Source: Callorhinchus milii (lineage: Eukaryota). Taken from it: DNA of 64,000 nt. This document shows positions 13,173 through 26,895 of this stretch, in pieces. A model generated the notes under the pieces. The model was not told the origin of the DNA. It made no database searches and saw only the letters and a program-made list of their open reading frames with translations. The DNA is taken from the NCBI RefSeq assembly GCF_018977255.1, contig NW_024704742.1:44332001-44396000 (forward strand), read 5' to 3'. Position 1 is the stretch's first letter. Every line of letters begins with the position of its first letter. A program made the position numbers and the translations under genes.

Positions 13173-13630
13173 TTATGAACTATGCTGAGAAAGCAATTGT
13201 GCCAGAGGACTGGACGGTGGTCAATGCAAAACCTATTTTTAAATCACATGATAGAACTAATCTAGGAAGCTATAGGCCAGATAGCTTAACATCAGTTGTA
13301 GGAAAGGTATTGGAGTCTATTCTAAAAGATGAGTCCGTAATGAGTCATCTTGAACAGAAGAATATAATTAAGAGCAGCCGCAATGGATTTATGAAAGGAA
13401 GGTCATACTTGATCAACCTTATTCAAATTCCTTGATGATGTAATAAAAATAAACTCAACAGGGAAAAGCAGTGGGGGGTATAGTATACTTGGATTTCCAG
13501 AAGGCCTTTGATAAAGTGCCACATGAGAGACTCGTGACTGAAATCAAGGAATGTGAAGACATGGGGCGCAGGTAGCAGAAAGGATTAAAGAATGGTTAGA
13601 AAGCAGAAAGCAAGAGTAGTTGTTAAGAAC
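12938..13630 (+). mobile_element. Older CR1 RT fragment with internal (TA)n
   Basis: VPEDWTVVNAKPIFK..SYRPDSLTSVVGKVLESI..GFMKGRS and DFQKAFDKVPH; (TA)n at ~13141-13172. Confidence 0.88.
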
Positions 13631-13825
13631 ATCTTTTTAGGCTGCTGTGAAATACATACTAACATTATATGCTGTAGACCCCATCACTGTAAAGCATTCC
13701 AATAAATTATCCTACTTGAAGGGCAAGTTGTTCTTAACTAGTTTCTGTGAACAATTTGTTAAGTTGAGTTTATATTAAAATATGAAGGACAATAAAGCTA
13801 ATTTATTCTTACAGTGCCAAGTTCA

Positions 13826-14169
13826 AATCCATTCATTCCTTGACACCTCTATCTCTCTGAAGTCTTCACTCCCCAATCCACCACCTGGCACCACTGCTCG
13901 AATGGCATCGGCCTCCTGCTCATCCCTCACACCCTCCACCCCACTGTCGGAGTCACGCTTTCAGCCACTATATCCCCAAACTCTGGAACACTCTTCTTCA
14001 ATCTCACTGCCTTGGCCCCTCTCTCCCCTCTTTCAAGTCCTTCCTGAAAACATTCCTCTTCGACCATGTTTACGGCCATCTCCCCCTGGCTCAGAGTCAG
14101 GCTCCGCCACTGTTAAGTGCTCTGAACTGCTACCCTGTATGGAGGGGCTAGATAAGTGGAAGTTGTGTT
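13826..14169 (+). mobile_element. L2 LINE 3' end
   Basis: gctttcagccactatatccccaaactctggaac and decayed terminal tail. Confidence 0.8.
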
Positions 14170-14250
14170 AATGGACTCAGTGGGTAGCATTGTTGCCTCT
14201 GGTTCAGTAGGTTGTGGGTGGCTGCCATGTGCATCTTCATAAAAGAAAAA

Positions 14251-14677
14251 AAAATCCTTGCATTTGGTCTAAAGCCTTATCGTGTCATTGAGACCTCTCA
14301 AAGTGCTTTACAGGATATACTCTAAAGTGAATTGACTATGTATTTTGTGGGCAGTCAGTTGCGCCCATCAAAGTCCCACAGACAGCCATGCAGTGAGTGA
14401 CAAATTCTTTATTTCAAGGATTGTTGGCCAGGACACCCAAAGAAACCCCCTTCTTTTTTTAACTAGTGCCATGGGATAGTTAACATCCACCTGAACAGGC
14501 AGGTGGGACCTCAATTCAATGCCTCATCCGAAGGACAGCCCCTCCGACAATTCAACATGCAACCAGCACTATATTGGAGCGTGACCTTAGTCTATGGGAT
14601 TCAAAGTCCCGACGTGGGGCTTGAACCCACAGCCTTCTGACTCAGAGGTGAGAGTGCTACCGCTTCACCAGGCTGAC
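14251..14677 (-). mobile_element. Near full-length Deu-type SINE
   Basis: Reverse complement of tgtcagcctgg..ggtagcactctcacctctgagtcagaagg head, core atcccatggcacta, L2-type tail. Confidence 0.88.
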
Positions 14678-14859
14678 ACACATCATTGCACTTTACACAG
14701 TCATTCCACTTTACAGAAAAACGTTGTGACTTTTGAAGAGTTAAAGGTGCTACATGAAATGTAGAATTATTATTTATTATAAATCATAAGTAAGAGATTT
14801 GGCTTAGCAATGCACAATAAAACTGTCAAAGTGGTAACCCTTTGATTTTTAACAGAAGA

Positions 14860-15515
14860 GGATAAGAAGCCATAAAATGAAAATGTCCATTCAGCCCATC
14901 ATGCAACACATCACTTTATCACGGACTCTACCAACCAATTTAATCTCCTTGCTCTATAAATAAAATTAAGCAAAGCTCTTAGCATATCTATGTAATATAT
15001 TTAATTCCACATTATAGATCCTAGACTTTCTTGGTGTGACAATCCCATTTTAACAGTCCCAGCAGCTCACTATAATATTGCACACAACATTCAATTATTT
15101 TCATCTGCATTTATCTTTATATCCTGAATCCCATTGCTAATCAGATATTCATCCAACTTTCTTTTTAAAAAAGGTGTTCAATGGCACAGTATGATTCCAC
15201 ATATCCATGACTCTCAGGGGAAAAAAATCTTCTAATCTCACATTTTATTAATTTCATGCTCGTGCTGTTTAGTTCTGAGCTCACAGCCCAAGATACAGAA
15301 CCTGCTCACACCTGCATTATTCATTTCTTTCAGCATTTTAAAACCTGTCGCATGATTTATGTCAGTCTTTTTTATATTGAAAATAAGTTCAGTTCTGTGA
15401 GCAGGTCTTCAAAATATAGGGCCCTGAGACCTTGAATCATCCTTGTCGTCTTCTCTGAACTCCTTTACATGTTGGTTTCTTTTTGAAGATAGGTAGGATG
15501 CTAAACTGCACACAA
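14860..15515 (-). mobile_element. Highly decayed CR1-like 3' region
   Basis: ccattcagcccatc terminus and ctaaactgcacacaa / ttctctgaactcct motifs resembling the 9281 copy. Confidence 0.55.
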
Positions 15516-15679
15516 CAGGGTAAAATTTACACTGTGAGGATGAAAGATAGGAAATAGTGGTCTCATTACTGAGGTAAGTCTGCAGACATTATGCCAATTT
15601 TAATTAGTTCGGGAACATATTTACGATATTTCTTAATCTTTCCTTGTCTTAATTACCAAAAAGAACACTTTGAGGAACG

Positions 15680-15985
15680 AGAATAAAAACTTCCCTTTAT
15701 ATAGTGCGCTTCATATGGTAGTGTGTCGGAATGCTTGATGCCAAGGCAGGGAGAAAGGTGAGGTGTAGCCAAAGAGTCTTAAGCTATGATCTAAAGATGG
15801 GCAAAGAGGGGACAGGCATTGAAGCAGAGAGTTTCAGAGTTTTGGGACATAGTGGCTGAAAGCCATGATGGTGCAGTAGAGGGGATGAGGGATGTGCATA
15901 GGCCAGAGCCAGCTGAGTGAAGGAGGCAGGTAATGGAGTGAGGTATAAGCAGGATGGAGAGGTAAGGAGGTGATAGGGCATAAGG
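15680..15985 (-). mobile_element. L2 LINE 3' fragment
   Basis: PYALSPPYLSILL..LHSAGSGL peptide; similar to the 2024-2645 copy. Confidence 0.75.
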
Positions 15986-17159
15986 AAAACTCAATTTTTA
16001 AAAAAATGTGGACTCACTATCTTGGAGAAACAAGAAGAAATTTAGATTGGGCAAGAAATAAATATTCAAGGAAAATTATTAGGATCATTCAAGAAATAAA
16101 ACATGAATTCTCTCCCTTTGTCCATCCTAAAGTCAGCACAAGTTCATAATTAATCAGCCCAGGTCACTAACTTCTTCGTAGGATTAATTCTGCTTCCTAA
16201 ACCGTATCTTTATGCAGAGGGTAATTAACAGTTGGAGCAACCAGGAAGGTGGGAGAGGCCGTGACTCAATTACGAAATAGCTTGTTACTTGTGCAAATTG
16301 GTATTCTGGAAGAATTAGATTAAATGGGCAAAAGGGCCTTTGCCATCCAAATCTTTCTTGTGAATTTTCCCCAAAGTTGGCCTGGCCCTCTTCTCCGCCA
16401 CTGTCTCACTCCCCTTCAAAAATGCGGTCATCACCCCTTTCTGCAAAAAGCCCAGGCTTGATTCAAACTTTGCTAACTTCGCATTCAAAGACAAGAATAT
16501 TATTAACCGAGCCAGGTTAACCGAGCATAAATCTTAATTTTATAAATCGTCTAAATGCCTAAGTCATACATTCACCTGAGTCCCATTCAGTTTCCTATTA
16601 AAACCATTCAGATTTCTTTACACTACTTGTATTAATCACCTCCAAACTCGTATCACCACTGCCCTATCCTCCATTTCATGGGAAATGTAGACTTCATCTG
16701 TTGACGAATGCACAGAAGAATCCCAGAATTCAATGTGATTCCAATCTTTGCTGGTAAGTGCGGTGATGGGTGAAGTCTCATTGACTCACAGCACATTTGT
16801 AGCCTTAAACCCGTCACTCCATGCACAATTGCTGGCTGCAATGACAAATTACCGCTTACGCACTTACCGGCTGCATTAAATTATGCATGTGCAGTGTAGA
16901 CCATTGATTAGATTGGAATTTCTATGACTTCTACAACTAACTTGCAACTTCACATAAATCATATTAAATGTTTTGGTCCTGACTGATACAATATAAGGAA
17001 TTTTACTGTCCTCTAAATGGCTAGGAAAATAGAATAAATCAAGACCAGGTGGAACTCCTCTCTGTAGAATTATTGCAGGAGAGAAAACATTCCATCAAAA
17101 GTAACAAGAAGAACCTGGATTTTGTGCACAAGATGATTGAGCAGTGAATGTCTTCTCAA

Positions 17160-17472
17160 CTAAAACCTGGGGTCACAACCTTAAAATCAGAGGCCAGCTC
17201 TTTCGCACTGAGTTGAGGAAGAACTTCTTCACTCAAAGGGGTGAAATATGGAACTCACTACACCAAAGGGCTGTTGACGTTCAGTCCTTGAACATATTCA
17301 AGACTGAGATCGATAGATTTCTTATTGCAAAAGGGATTAAGGGATATGGGGATAAGGCAGGGTCAGGCTATTAGCTGGAGTAAGATTAGAAGATCAGCCA
17401 TGATTGAATGGCAGGGCAGGTTCGAAGGGCCAAATGGCCTACTCCTGCTCCTACATGTTATGTTATGTTATG
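17160..17472 (+). mobile_element. CR1 LINE 3' end with (ATGTT)n tail
   Basis: GHNLKIRGQLFRTELRKNFFTQR..WNSL..FKTEIDRFL, gggccaaatggcctactcctgctcct, atgttatgttatgttatg. Confidence 0.9.
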
Positions 17473-18154
17473 ACATTTTGGAGGGAAACGCGGATAGGTT
17501 TGCTGGTGAGAGGCGGTGATGGGAGAATAGTATAGAGAGGATTTGAGGTCGTGGGAGAAGTGACCATGGAGTTTGAGGAGCAGGCAGTGTTGGGGAGGGT
17601 ATGGATGAGGGAGCGTATGGATTAAAACATGAAATTGAACAACTTTCAAAGTTCTTAGAGGAAGAATCTCGGTGATAATTTGTTCTTGAAAGTACCATAG
17701 TTTGAAGCCTCATAGTGTTTCTGGCACTGACACATTCAGCGCTGTATCTGAGACAAGGCATAATTGGGATAAGAAATACATAATAATAATCCTTGCATTG
17801 GATTTTGTGCCTGTCACATTGTCAAAATGTCTCCAAGCACTTCACAGGGATTTTTACGCGAAGTGTAGTGACTGTGTTCTGTATTTATAGGAGAATGCTG
17901 TATCAAAATGGACAGTAACACATTGTCATAGTTTCTGGAAGCAAAGTTATTTCTGATGGTTGCAAATGGAAAATGTTGTCATTTGAGAGTAACTGTAGCC
18001 TATCTTGGACAGACAGTAGCAGTAGTGCATTGAACACTGTAGGTGGCAATAACACCGTGACTGAATTTAGAAATTTTAACATTTTTAAAGATTACAAATT
18101 TTCTGAAATTAGCTTTTTTAGAAGATAATTTGGTTTCTATGCTGTAATTATTTT

Positions 18155-18405
18155 GTTGGGCGAGCTTTCAGCCATTTTGCCCCCACTCTCTGGAACTCCA
18201 TTGCAGAGTCCCTCTGCCTTGCCCACACTTCCCATCTTCAAAGCCCGCCTTAAGACCTCTCATTGCGACTGGACTTTTGCGATGCTTCCAGCCCCCACCC
18301 CCTCAGTTTCCTCTCCAACCTGTACCAATTGGGCTACAAGTTGTATGGAGAGCTTTAAAGTATTCTTCTCATGTTGAAGGCATTATTGAAATATAAATTG
18401 TTATT
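18155..18405 (+). mobile_element. L2 LINE 3' end
   Basis: gctttcagccattttgcccccactctctggaactcc, PIFKARLKT. Confidence 0.8.
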
Positions 18406-18831
18406 ATAATGGGGGAAGTGGAATGATTTGTTGCTGGTTAGTAAATTGACCTTCAGCAGGTGCATCTATTTTATTTTCTGCTGGTGGGTAAATTTACTAC
18501 CCCTTGATGTTGTGATTTGAACCTATTATAAGATAAGGCCATTAAATTGATAATTAGTGCAGAAAATTATACCCTAGTATGGCAAGTTCGGTATGTTTTC
18601 TAACTATCAACTGCAGGACTCTATTTGTATTAATATTTTGTCTTGTTCAGCAATGGTTCAAAAAAGATGCATTGCTATTTTGTGGTGAAAACAATCTCTC
18701 TGCACATGTGAAACTTTTTAATCTCTTGGAATAACATGGATGAATGTGGTAAAAAGTTATATCAGTTCTGACCAACCAGCCATTTCAACCAGGGGTCTCT
18801 CTCCCACCCTCTCAAAAGAAACATTCTTCAT

Positions 18832-19082
18832 CAACAACAACAACTTGCATTTATATAGCGCCCCTCATGCAGGACAGTGTTCCAGAGGGCTTAACAGTAG
18901 GGAACGACGTTGAGCCGGGAGGAGGTGATTGTAGGCACGGTCGAAGAGGAAGGTATTTAGGCGCGACTTGAAGATGGGGAAGGAGGGGGCAAGGCGGAGG
19001 GATAGATGAAGAGTGTCCCAGGGTTTGGGGTCTTTGTGGCCGAATGGTGGCTTCGTGGTCATGGATAGTGGATGGTACATCA
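18832..19082 (-). mobile_element. L2 LINE 3' end
   Basis: (CAA)n tail, cttgcatttatatagcgccc, SLRLAPSFPIFKSRLNTFLFDRAY. Confidence 0.9.
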
Positions 19083-19509
19083 GGTTTCATAGACTAGAAA
19101 GGGACAGGACTCGCAACCCCCCATGAAGACAAAACGATTGGTTTAAAAATATTATTTCAGTTTTGTCCCTTTCGGTTCTTCTGCCACAACAATATTAGCT
19201 CCCTGGATTTGCACTGAATTGCCTCAGGTCATGTTTGTAAATTATAAAATTAAATCAAAGGCGGTTTGAAAATAAAATTATACTTCTGTGTCACTAATAA
19301 TTGCTTTGCCATTTGCATCTGCTTTAGAACTATGCCTTGTATATGGCATGGCAGAAGAATTTATTCCCTTTACATCATGTATGAATAAATTTGAGACGTC
19401 TTGATAACATGATCAAGCACTATATCAAATGCAAGGAATATTATTATTAATCATTGTATAAATTAACTTGTGTAACTGGTCAAGTTGTTGTACTAACAAT
19501 AGAGTAGAC

Positions 19510-20400
19510 AACACCAATAACAAAAACAACTTGCACTTATATAATGCCTTCCATGTAGTTAAGTATCTCAAAGCATCTTCCGGTGATGAAATGGGAACCT
19601 GTATAGAGGAGGAACAGGGGAGATAAGAGGTGGGGTGACAACATTTGTGGGTAAATAGGTAGGTTTTGAGAGCGCAGGCAAGGTAACTGAAGGTGCTGTT
19701 GATGGTAAAGAGCAAACCAAAAATGGTAGAGTGGAGAAAGTGAACAACGACGACAACTTGCATTTATATAGCGCCCCTCACGCAGGGTAGTGTACCAGAG
19801 CACTTGACAGAGGTGGAGCACGATGCCGAACCAGGGTTAAGATGACCATAGGCACGGTCGATGACGAAGATTCTTCAGGCGCGATCTGAAGATTGGGAAG
19901 GAAGGAATAAGGCGGAGGAATAAAAAAAGAGTGTTCCAAAGTTGCAGGGTGTAATGGCTGAAAGCACAGCCACCGATGATGGAATGGAGGGCATGAGGGA
20001 CATGCAGGAGGCCAGAGCCAGTCAAGCAGAGACAGTGGGTAGTGCATTGGGGTGTAATCAGGTCAGAGAGGTGGGATAGTGTCAGGGCATGAAGGGATTT
20101 GAAAATGAGTATGGATCTTGAAATTGATATATTCGGCAATTGGGAGCAAATAGAACCTGGCGAGAACTGGTGTGATGGGGGTACGGAGTTTAGTACGAGG
20201 GAGTATGTGGGTGGCAGAGTTTTGGATCAGCTGGATTTTGTGGATGGTGGAGCTGGGGAGACCGGCGAGGAGAGTGAATAGGGGAGTTGGACCATAGGAG
20301 ATCATAGCGGTAAGGAGAGGCAAGGGCAAAGATGCTCCGAAACATAGAATGAAGATCTTGAAGTCTGCTGAGGGATAGGAAGCCAGTAGTGATGGGGATG
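19510..20400 (-). mobile_element. Two tandem L2 3' fragments (19510-19740 and 19744-20400)
   Basis: Two (CAA)n tails; [23 protein letters not shown] and IFKSLHAL peptides. Confidence 0.88.
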
Positions 20401-20619
20401 ATAGATGTGTTACACAAGAGCTAATGTTTTCAAGGAAACAATTTTTAAATAAGGGATTAAATGGTTAAGACAATTCGACTTATTAATAACTGCCAAGTAT
20501 CCAGCTGATGCTTGTCACCCAACACATCAAGTACACCAAAGAATGTGGTTAAAAAGTAACTCTGTACCCTTTTGTGTGGAGGCCGTAGAACCCACGGGCT
20601 TTTGATGTTTGAATATTAG

Positions 20620-20872
20620 ATTCTTACATTTGATATCGTGCCTTATCATATCATTGAGACATCTCAAAGACTGTATAAGTTGTGAGCGAAATGATGCACA
20701 CAGTAATGTCTGATAAACAGCCATGGAATGAGTGACCAATTTCTTTTATTTGGGGGGATCATTGGCCAGGACACGGAGAAACTCCCTTCTCTTTTTGAAT
20801 ACTGCCATGGGATCTTTGACATCCACCTGAACAGGCAGATCGGACCTCGGTTTAACGTCTCATCCAAAGATG
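20620..20872 (-). mobile_element. Deu-type SINE 3' half
   Basis: tgccatgggatctttgacatccacctgaacaggcagatcggacctcggtttaacgtctcatcc core. Confidence 0.85.
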
Positions 20873-22776
20873 AAACAAATAACATCTATTTTGGGTTAAT
20901 ACTGCCCATGCTATACTTATTACATATGCTTTGGCAAATTGAAAAGGCTCAGTCGATGCTTTGAAATACGTGCTCTTAGCCTTCTGACATTTAAGGTGGT
21001 AAAATAAAATCAGTGCAATAAATAACATTGCACTCATCTCATGAGAGATTGCTATATAAATGCTGTGAGTGAATGCCAAGCAGGGGACATATTCACACAA
21101 CTCAGCTTATCTAGCTCCAGACCTTTCTGCTGTAGTCCACAGTTATATCATTCACTGATTGCAGTAACTCATTCCTCTGGCATCGCATCAGAGCAAACTG
21201 CAGACACTGTGCATTTTGAAAAGCCAATGACAGAATGAATTACACTCTTTAAAATCTAACACAACAACAGGAAGACTGATAACATCATTAAGTGGAAAAG
21301 GATCTAAAACAGAATATTTTGATTTGCACAATAGGAGAAAAAATAATTGTTTGTGTTGGATCTGTTGTTTATTAAATGGTGGAAGATTGTTAACTAAAGC
21401 AAAAATCCATTAATAAGTAAGTACTTTTAATATAGTGTCCATTATATGCCCAACAACAGCATTACTAGACTGCATCATTAAACATGGTGTGTCAAGGGAA
21501 TACATTCTTCATAATACTTAACACTAAACTGTATGAAATAAACAAGTACTTGGCTCCCATCTCCAACAGTCACTGGAGACTCTTGTATTTTATTCTCCTT
21601 TGCTGCAAAAATGTAACTGGGAAAATGTAATTTCCCTTGAAATTCAGTAAATTTGAAAAAAAAGTCATTGTGCCTGTGTTCTTATCTCAATATGCAACTC
21701 GTCATTTATTTTGTGCATCTGGGGATTGCAGAGTAGTTTGCTCAAACTGTGTTTGGCTAAACAAAATCCATCACAGGAAAATAGGAATCACATCTGAAAA
21801 ATGACTATCATATCATATAATTCACTGTATTTTGGGGATCCACTAATTTGTATTGGAACCTGCAATTATAACATTTTCCCATTCATTTTGGATTTTCTTT
21901 TTTAAAAAAAGCACAAAATATTGATAAAGTAAACATTGGTAGTAAAGTGTGTGGCATTTCCTTGTATTAATTAACACAAATAATGCCTTTTGAAATGTTG
22001 TTACCATTCCCCTATTATTTCTGACCCATGTATACACTGATCTCTGCTCTACAGGATACAACTTAATGGCCATAGATCTCAGCATACTGGATTCACACAG
22101 AAGAAATAAGTTTCAAACTAGATTTACAAAGCTTTGCAGCCTAAATTGCCTAAAGGTGTGGCAAAGCACTGACTTGCTAACCAAGAAGGGAACTTTGCCC
22201 TAGAATTCCCAAGCATGCATCTGAAGCCCAAGCTGTGGCCTGACTAACTTGATGAATGCAAGCTTCACACAATGCAAGCGTTCTTGATGGCAATGCTGAA
22301 AACCTTGAGTAGGAGGTGTTTAGCCTCAAGAGACAGCTTTTCAAAATTGCAGGAGATGGCGGAGGAAAGAGGAGGCAGCGACTACAACACCAACAACGAT
22401 GATATCTACCTTGTCGCCTAACACTTAAACCAGGCTTCACTTACAAAACTCAACCAGTAAAATGGACAAAGACATGGTTATTTATATACTAAGGTAAATT
22501 GCAATTGAATGGATAAAGCATGAGCAAGTAACTGATTCAGACGGTGAAGGCACAATAACATGTACCATAAATGGTTTATTATTTGAATCTTTGTTATACA
22601 AACACAAGATTATATTGTCATTAAGCTACAGAACATGACATAAAGGACGAATAATTGAAAGGTTGGATTGAATGGTAAAATATATGAGATTCTGGTCTGA
22701 AATACAAAACTGTTTTTTTGGTGCATTTCTTTTTTATTTGATGTAATAATTATTAACTCCAGTAGGTGGCACTTAC

Positions 22777-22818
22777 GCCATGTACTATTTGGCACTTGAC
22801 ATCAGTTTTGACTACACT
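22777..22818 (-). CDS. Candidate 42-nt internal coding exon (SVVKTDVKCQIVHG), unknown protein
   Basis: Acceptor ttttatttcttgcgtttgtcag, donor ggc|gtaagt, only one open frame (phase 0-0); no homology recognised. Confidence 0.35.
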
Positions 22819-22964
22819 CTGACAAACGCAAGAAATAAAATGCTCATTTTGACAAAAATCATTATAAAAAAGAAAAGTAACGTAGAATCGCCAATCTTTA
22901 TCTCATATTTATCTTATATTAAGTTTAGAAGGTCTGTTTAAGGACATCTTGAAAACAACGGTAC

Positions 22965-22999
22965 TTCAATTGCCTTATGACGAGGGCCTTCAAACTTCC
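22965..22999 (-). CDS. Candidate 35-nt exon (xKFEGPRHKAIE), unknown protein
   Basis: Acceptor ctgacttaatccctttgtctgcag; weak donor gaa|gtaccg; ends in phase 0, compatible with 22777-22818. Confidence 0.25.
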
Positions 23000-23824
23000 C
23001 TGCAGACAAAGGGATTAAGTCAGCTTTTGTCAGTGATGGTACTGGCCAATGCAGTGTCAAGACTTGACAGATCTCTGTTTTACTATGGTGTTTGACACTG
23101 CTCCATTCAAGTGGGTGTGAATCAGGGCCAGAGGGCTTCAAAACCTCTTTGAAGGATAACATAGAATCTCGCCTCCCCCACCCACCACCCCCACTCCGTT
23201 TTACTGGCTTATGTTGCACTATTAGAGGTAGAAACCCAAACATACTACAGATATGTTGGACCCTTTTCATTAAAGTTATCCACACAACACATAAATTAAT
23301 AAATGCAGAAATCTCACTGCCGATGTGTAGGATGTTAAGAATTGCTTTAATAGAGAGCAGTGCACTGTGTCCAATTTAAAGGCAACATAAAGAGTGACAC
23401 TGCAATGACATGTGGCTAATGGTCTCATTGTAAATATGAGAAATATGAACTATAACAAGAATGGTGCTAAATCTTTTGTCTACATATTTCTGTGTGTCTC
23501 CATATTAGCAATATTTCTGTGATCTTTGAAACCTCTTTGAAACCTTCCTCTTTTGTTCCTCATAAGGTTCAGATATGTTACTCCATTCAATATTTCTCCT
23601 CCTCGCATTTTCACTCTGTTGAAATAAAACCTCTAGTATTCTAATTAATTAATTCCCAGGATCTGAAGGTTGTTACTTTTTTCAGTCCTCCTTCCTCATA
23701 CAATGTCTCAGATTTTAAGACCCAAGTTTCACATTATCTAACTCTACTTCTCTTGTTTCTCCCCTTCTCTTTTGAGCTATTCTGCCCTATGTGTTATCAA
23801 ATAGGCTAATCAATAAAGATTACA

Positions 23825-24128
23825 ATAATATAATCCTTGGATTTGATATAGTGCTTTTCACATCTTCTAGACATCTCAAAGCGCTTCACAGAATATACTG
23901 TAAAGTGACTGTATATTTGTGAGCGAAATCAGCAGCCAATTGTGCACAGCAGTGTCCCACAAACAGTCGTGGAATGAAGTGACCAATTTATTATTGTTTT
24001 TTTTCTTGAGGGATTATTATCAGGTGTGTGGAGTTAGGAAACCTGCACAAGGTTTTGCCCTGCTGGGAATCAAACCCAGGTCTCTCGCTTGCGAGGCGAG
24101 TGCTCTAACCACTGAGCTACAGGACTCC
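23825..24128 (-). mobile_element. Full-length tRNA-derived SINE (short variant)
   Basis: Same head (ggagtcctgtagctcagtggttagagcac), core and tail as 12046-12372. Confidence 0.92.
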
Positions 24129-24412
24129 TGTACTGGCAAATACTGGCAATATTTACTGATCAGCTTTGAGAGCAGCACATTTTTTACTTACAGCATTAGA
24201 AAGCAAGTTAGTACTGCGGTCTGAGAGCCATTGGTGCAATGTTGGTGTGGCGTTATGGCCATGGAAGTGAAGGAAAGTAAATTGAGCAAGGACCTCAATT
24301 CATCTCCTGTTCTGTCAGTATTATCGTGTCTAACAGCTTGCAATATTTTGATAAAATGTTGCATTATGTGCTAAATTGTTACCTTCTCTGCACCAAACAT
24401 AATGCTTTTGAG

Positions 24413-24850
24413 AATAACGACAACAAATTACATTTGTTTCACGTCAGGAGAACGTCCCAAGGCCCTGGACAGTCAGGGATTTGTATCCCAGCAGGGGGTT
24501 GGGATCAGCAAGGGTGGAGGGTAGGGGTAGGAGGGTGACCGAAGGCACGGTCGAAAAGGAAGGTGTCGAAGCATGCCTTGAAGGAGAGGCATGAGAGGAA
24601 GCAAGGTGAAGGGACTGTGGGATTGAGTTCCAAAGGGTGAGGGCAGAAGCTGAAGGCTTGACTGCCGATGGTGGGGTAGGCCAGGTGGGGGACATGGAGC
24701 AGGCTGCTTCCCGCTGAGAAGAGGGAGCGGACAGGTCTGTATTGAGTTAGCAATTACAGAGTTATGGAGGAGCAAGGCCATGAAAGGCGTTGAAGAATTT
24801 GAAGTCTATTTTCTGGAGGATGGGGAGCCAGTACAGCCGGGTGAGGGTGG
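24413..24850 (-). mobile_element. L2 LINE 3' portion
   Basis: LLHVPHLAYPTIGSQAFS, LWNSIPQSL, TFLFDRAF; (CAA)-like tail. Confidence 0.88.
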
Positions 24851-25227
24851 ATGAAAAGAATATGCTTATGCATTTTGTAAATGTTAGAAAATCTGACAAT
24901 ACTTCTTTAGTGCATAAAGGCATTGCAACCCCGACACCCATAGATGGTACACTGCCTCATGAGACTACAGCTCTGACCAGATATCTCCTCAGTGACATGT
25001 CATGAGTTAATATGTCATGCGTCAGATTCCCTCTGCAAAATGTAGTTGTGTTATGTTTGCGGGGACAATGTGTCAATAGAAGTGTAACCTTTCCTTTGAA
25101 GTGCAACCCATTGCTGGCATAAAACAAACAAAATATGCTGATGTATCAGATAATTCTGCTTCACCTCCTGTTAGGGAGCATCAATGAGGAGCGACAGGGA
25201 GGCATCCACTGAAGGAGGAAGTGTACA

Positions 25228-25596
25228 GAGATCACAAGATCTCAATGTTTCACAGGATTTTACTGTGCAGTGTATTTGTAGGCAAGTGCGGGAGGCAATT
25301 TGCAAACACCGGTCTCGCACAAATAGCCATGGAGTAAGTGACCAATTTTATCTTAGTGATCGTTGGCCAGTACCCTGGGAGAAACTCTGTTCACTTTTTG
25401 AATAGTGCCATTGGATCTTTAATGTTCACCTGAACAGCATGGTTTACCATGGTTTAACATCTCATGTGAAGGATAGCACATCCCCAGCATTGCAGAGCAT
25501 CAGTCTAGATTGTGAATTCAAAACACCGATGTGGGGCATGAACTCACAATCTTCTTGCTTGGAGGCAAGAGTATTTCTAACTGAGCCAGGCTGACA
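25228..25596 (-). mobile_element. Deu-type SINE
   Basis: Head ends ctgagccaggctgaca; core tagtgccattggatctttaatgttcacctga. Confidence 0.85.
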
Positions 25597-25601
25597 CCTG
25601 A

Positions 25602-25715
25602 CACAAGATTGTTTTGGATGAAGAAGGTGCTTTGGCCCATCTGATTTCATCCGTCCAGAACCCTCGCCTACCGTCCTCCCATCACAGCATCAAGCTGCTC
25701 TCTAAATGAATCCAG
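25602..25715 (-). mobile_element. CR1-like 3' end
   Basis: gaaggtgctttggcccatc terminus motif. Confidence 0.5.
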
Positions 25716-25817
25716 ATGAAGGTAAAATAAAGAGAGAACTAATTTAAAAAGAAGTTTATTATAAAATTAATGGCAAGTGTGACAGGAGCTAGAGGCAGCA
25801 GCACGGTTTTAGGTTTG

Positions 25818-25906
25818 TGACGTCAATGAATATACCTTTGTTCAGCTCTCCTGCTGGAGGTTAGTATTTAAAGTGCTGCGCCTCAAACAGGAAAAACGGC
25901 TGACGT
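25818..25906 (+). promoter_or_regulatory. CRE + TATA-like promoter candidate
   Basis: Perfect TGACGTCA at 25818-25825, TATTTAAA at 25865-25872, half-site TGACGT at 25901-25906, splice donors downstream (25968, 26027, 26052). Confidence 0.4.
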
Positions 25907-26580
25907 ATCTTGCCATTAAACATGTCCAGCACAGAACAGATGTTAGAAAGAACGAAAAAAGGAAAAGGTATTGGAGAATGTAATTATTCAGAGCAGAAAA
26001 AGCATAATACCATATAATTGCACCAGGTAATTATTCTCAAGATGGGGGGAGGTAAGTACGTTCTCAAGATCTGAAAAGGTTTCTCCCCTGCTTGGATAAC
26101 TGCTCACTGACTGCTGAAGAGAGCAGGGGGGCAAGCTTTAATGGTGAAAAAAGCAATACATTCTCTTAGCCATGAGCCAGTAACTGTCTGCATGTGGTCT
26201 TGTTTCAAATAATCATGCTTTCTAAACTTACCAGCATAATTATTACAGAGAATGGTACAATTAAACAGCACAGTGTAGTCTCAAAGCGGAGATTATTTAT
26301 AACTAGCGTGACATGTAGCATCACAAATGAAGTGCTTTCAACATGGATCATGTTTGCTGACTGTTGTGTTTCAAGCCAGAAAGCATATGAAATATTTAAA
26401 ATTCTGTGAAAAGAAAATGATAGTATAGACAATGTTTCCTTTCTTATGCTTGCTGTTCAGATTGAACATGTTTTGATTTGCAAGATCTGATGGGCTTCAA
26501 ACTAAAGCGGGCAGTGCGAAACTATGGTGTCCTGATTTGAACCCTAGCTACATCACAAAGATTCAGGACAATCCAGCGAT

Positions 26581-26760
26581 TTTCTTTTAAGTCAGCAGGG
26601 TGTCCCACACATGGAGAAACCCATCATCATGCTAAAGAGTATCCAAACCAGACTGAGAGTTCCCTGCAACACCTACACAAAGACTGTGAGTTATATGCAT
26701 GCCACCAACACCCAGAAGCCCAGCAAAAGGGCTCTGGGGTACTTCAAAGAGATTTGCAGT
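26581..26760 (-). mobile_element. Family X repeat, copy 2
   Basis: ggtgtcccacacatggagaaacccatcatcatgctaaagagtatccaaaccagactgagagttccc. Confidence 0.7.
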
Positions 26761-26895
26761 AAAGTGCTAATAAATAACTTTTTTTACAGCCTTATCATGT
26801 CATAACTTCTGAAAGCTAACTTCACAGGTAATTACTGTCAAGCATAGTGACTGTCGCTGCCTTTTGCATCGAGATGGTCCCACCAACAGCCATGT

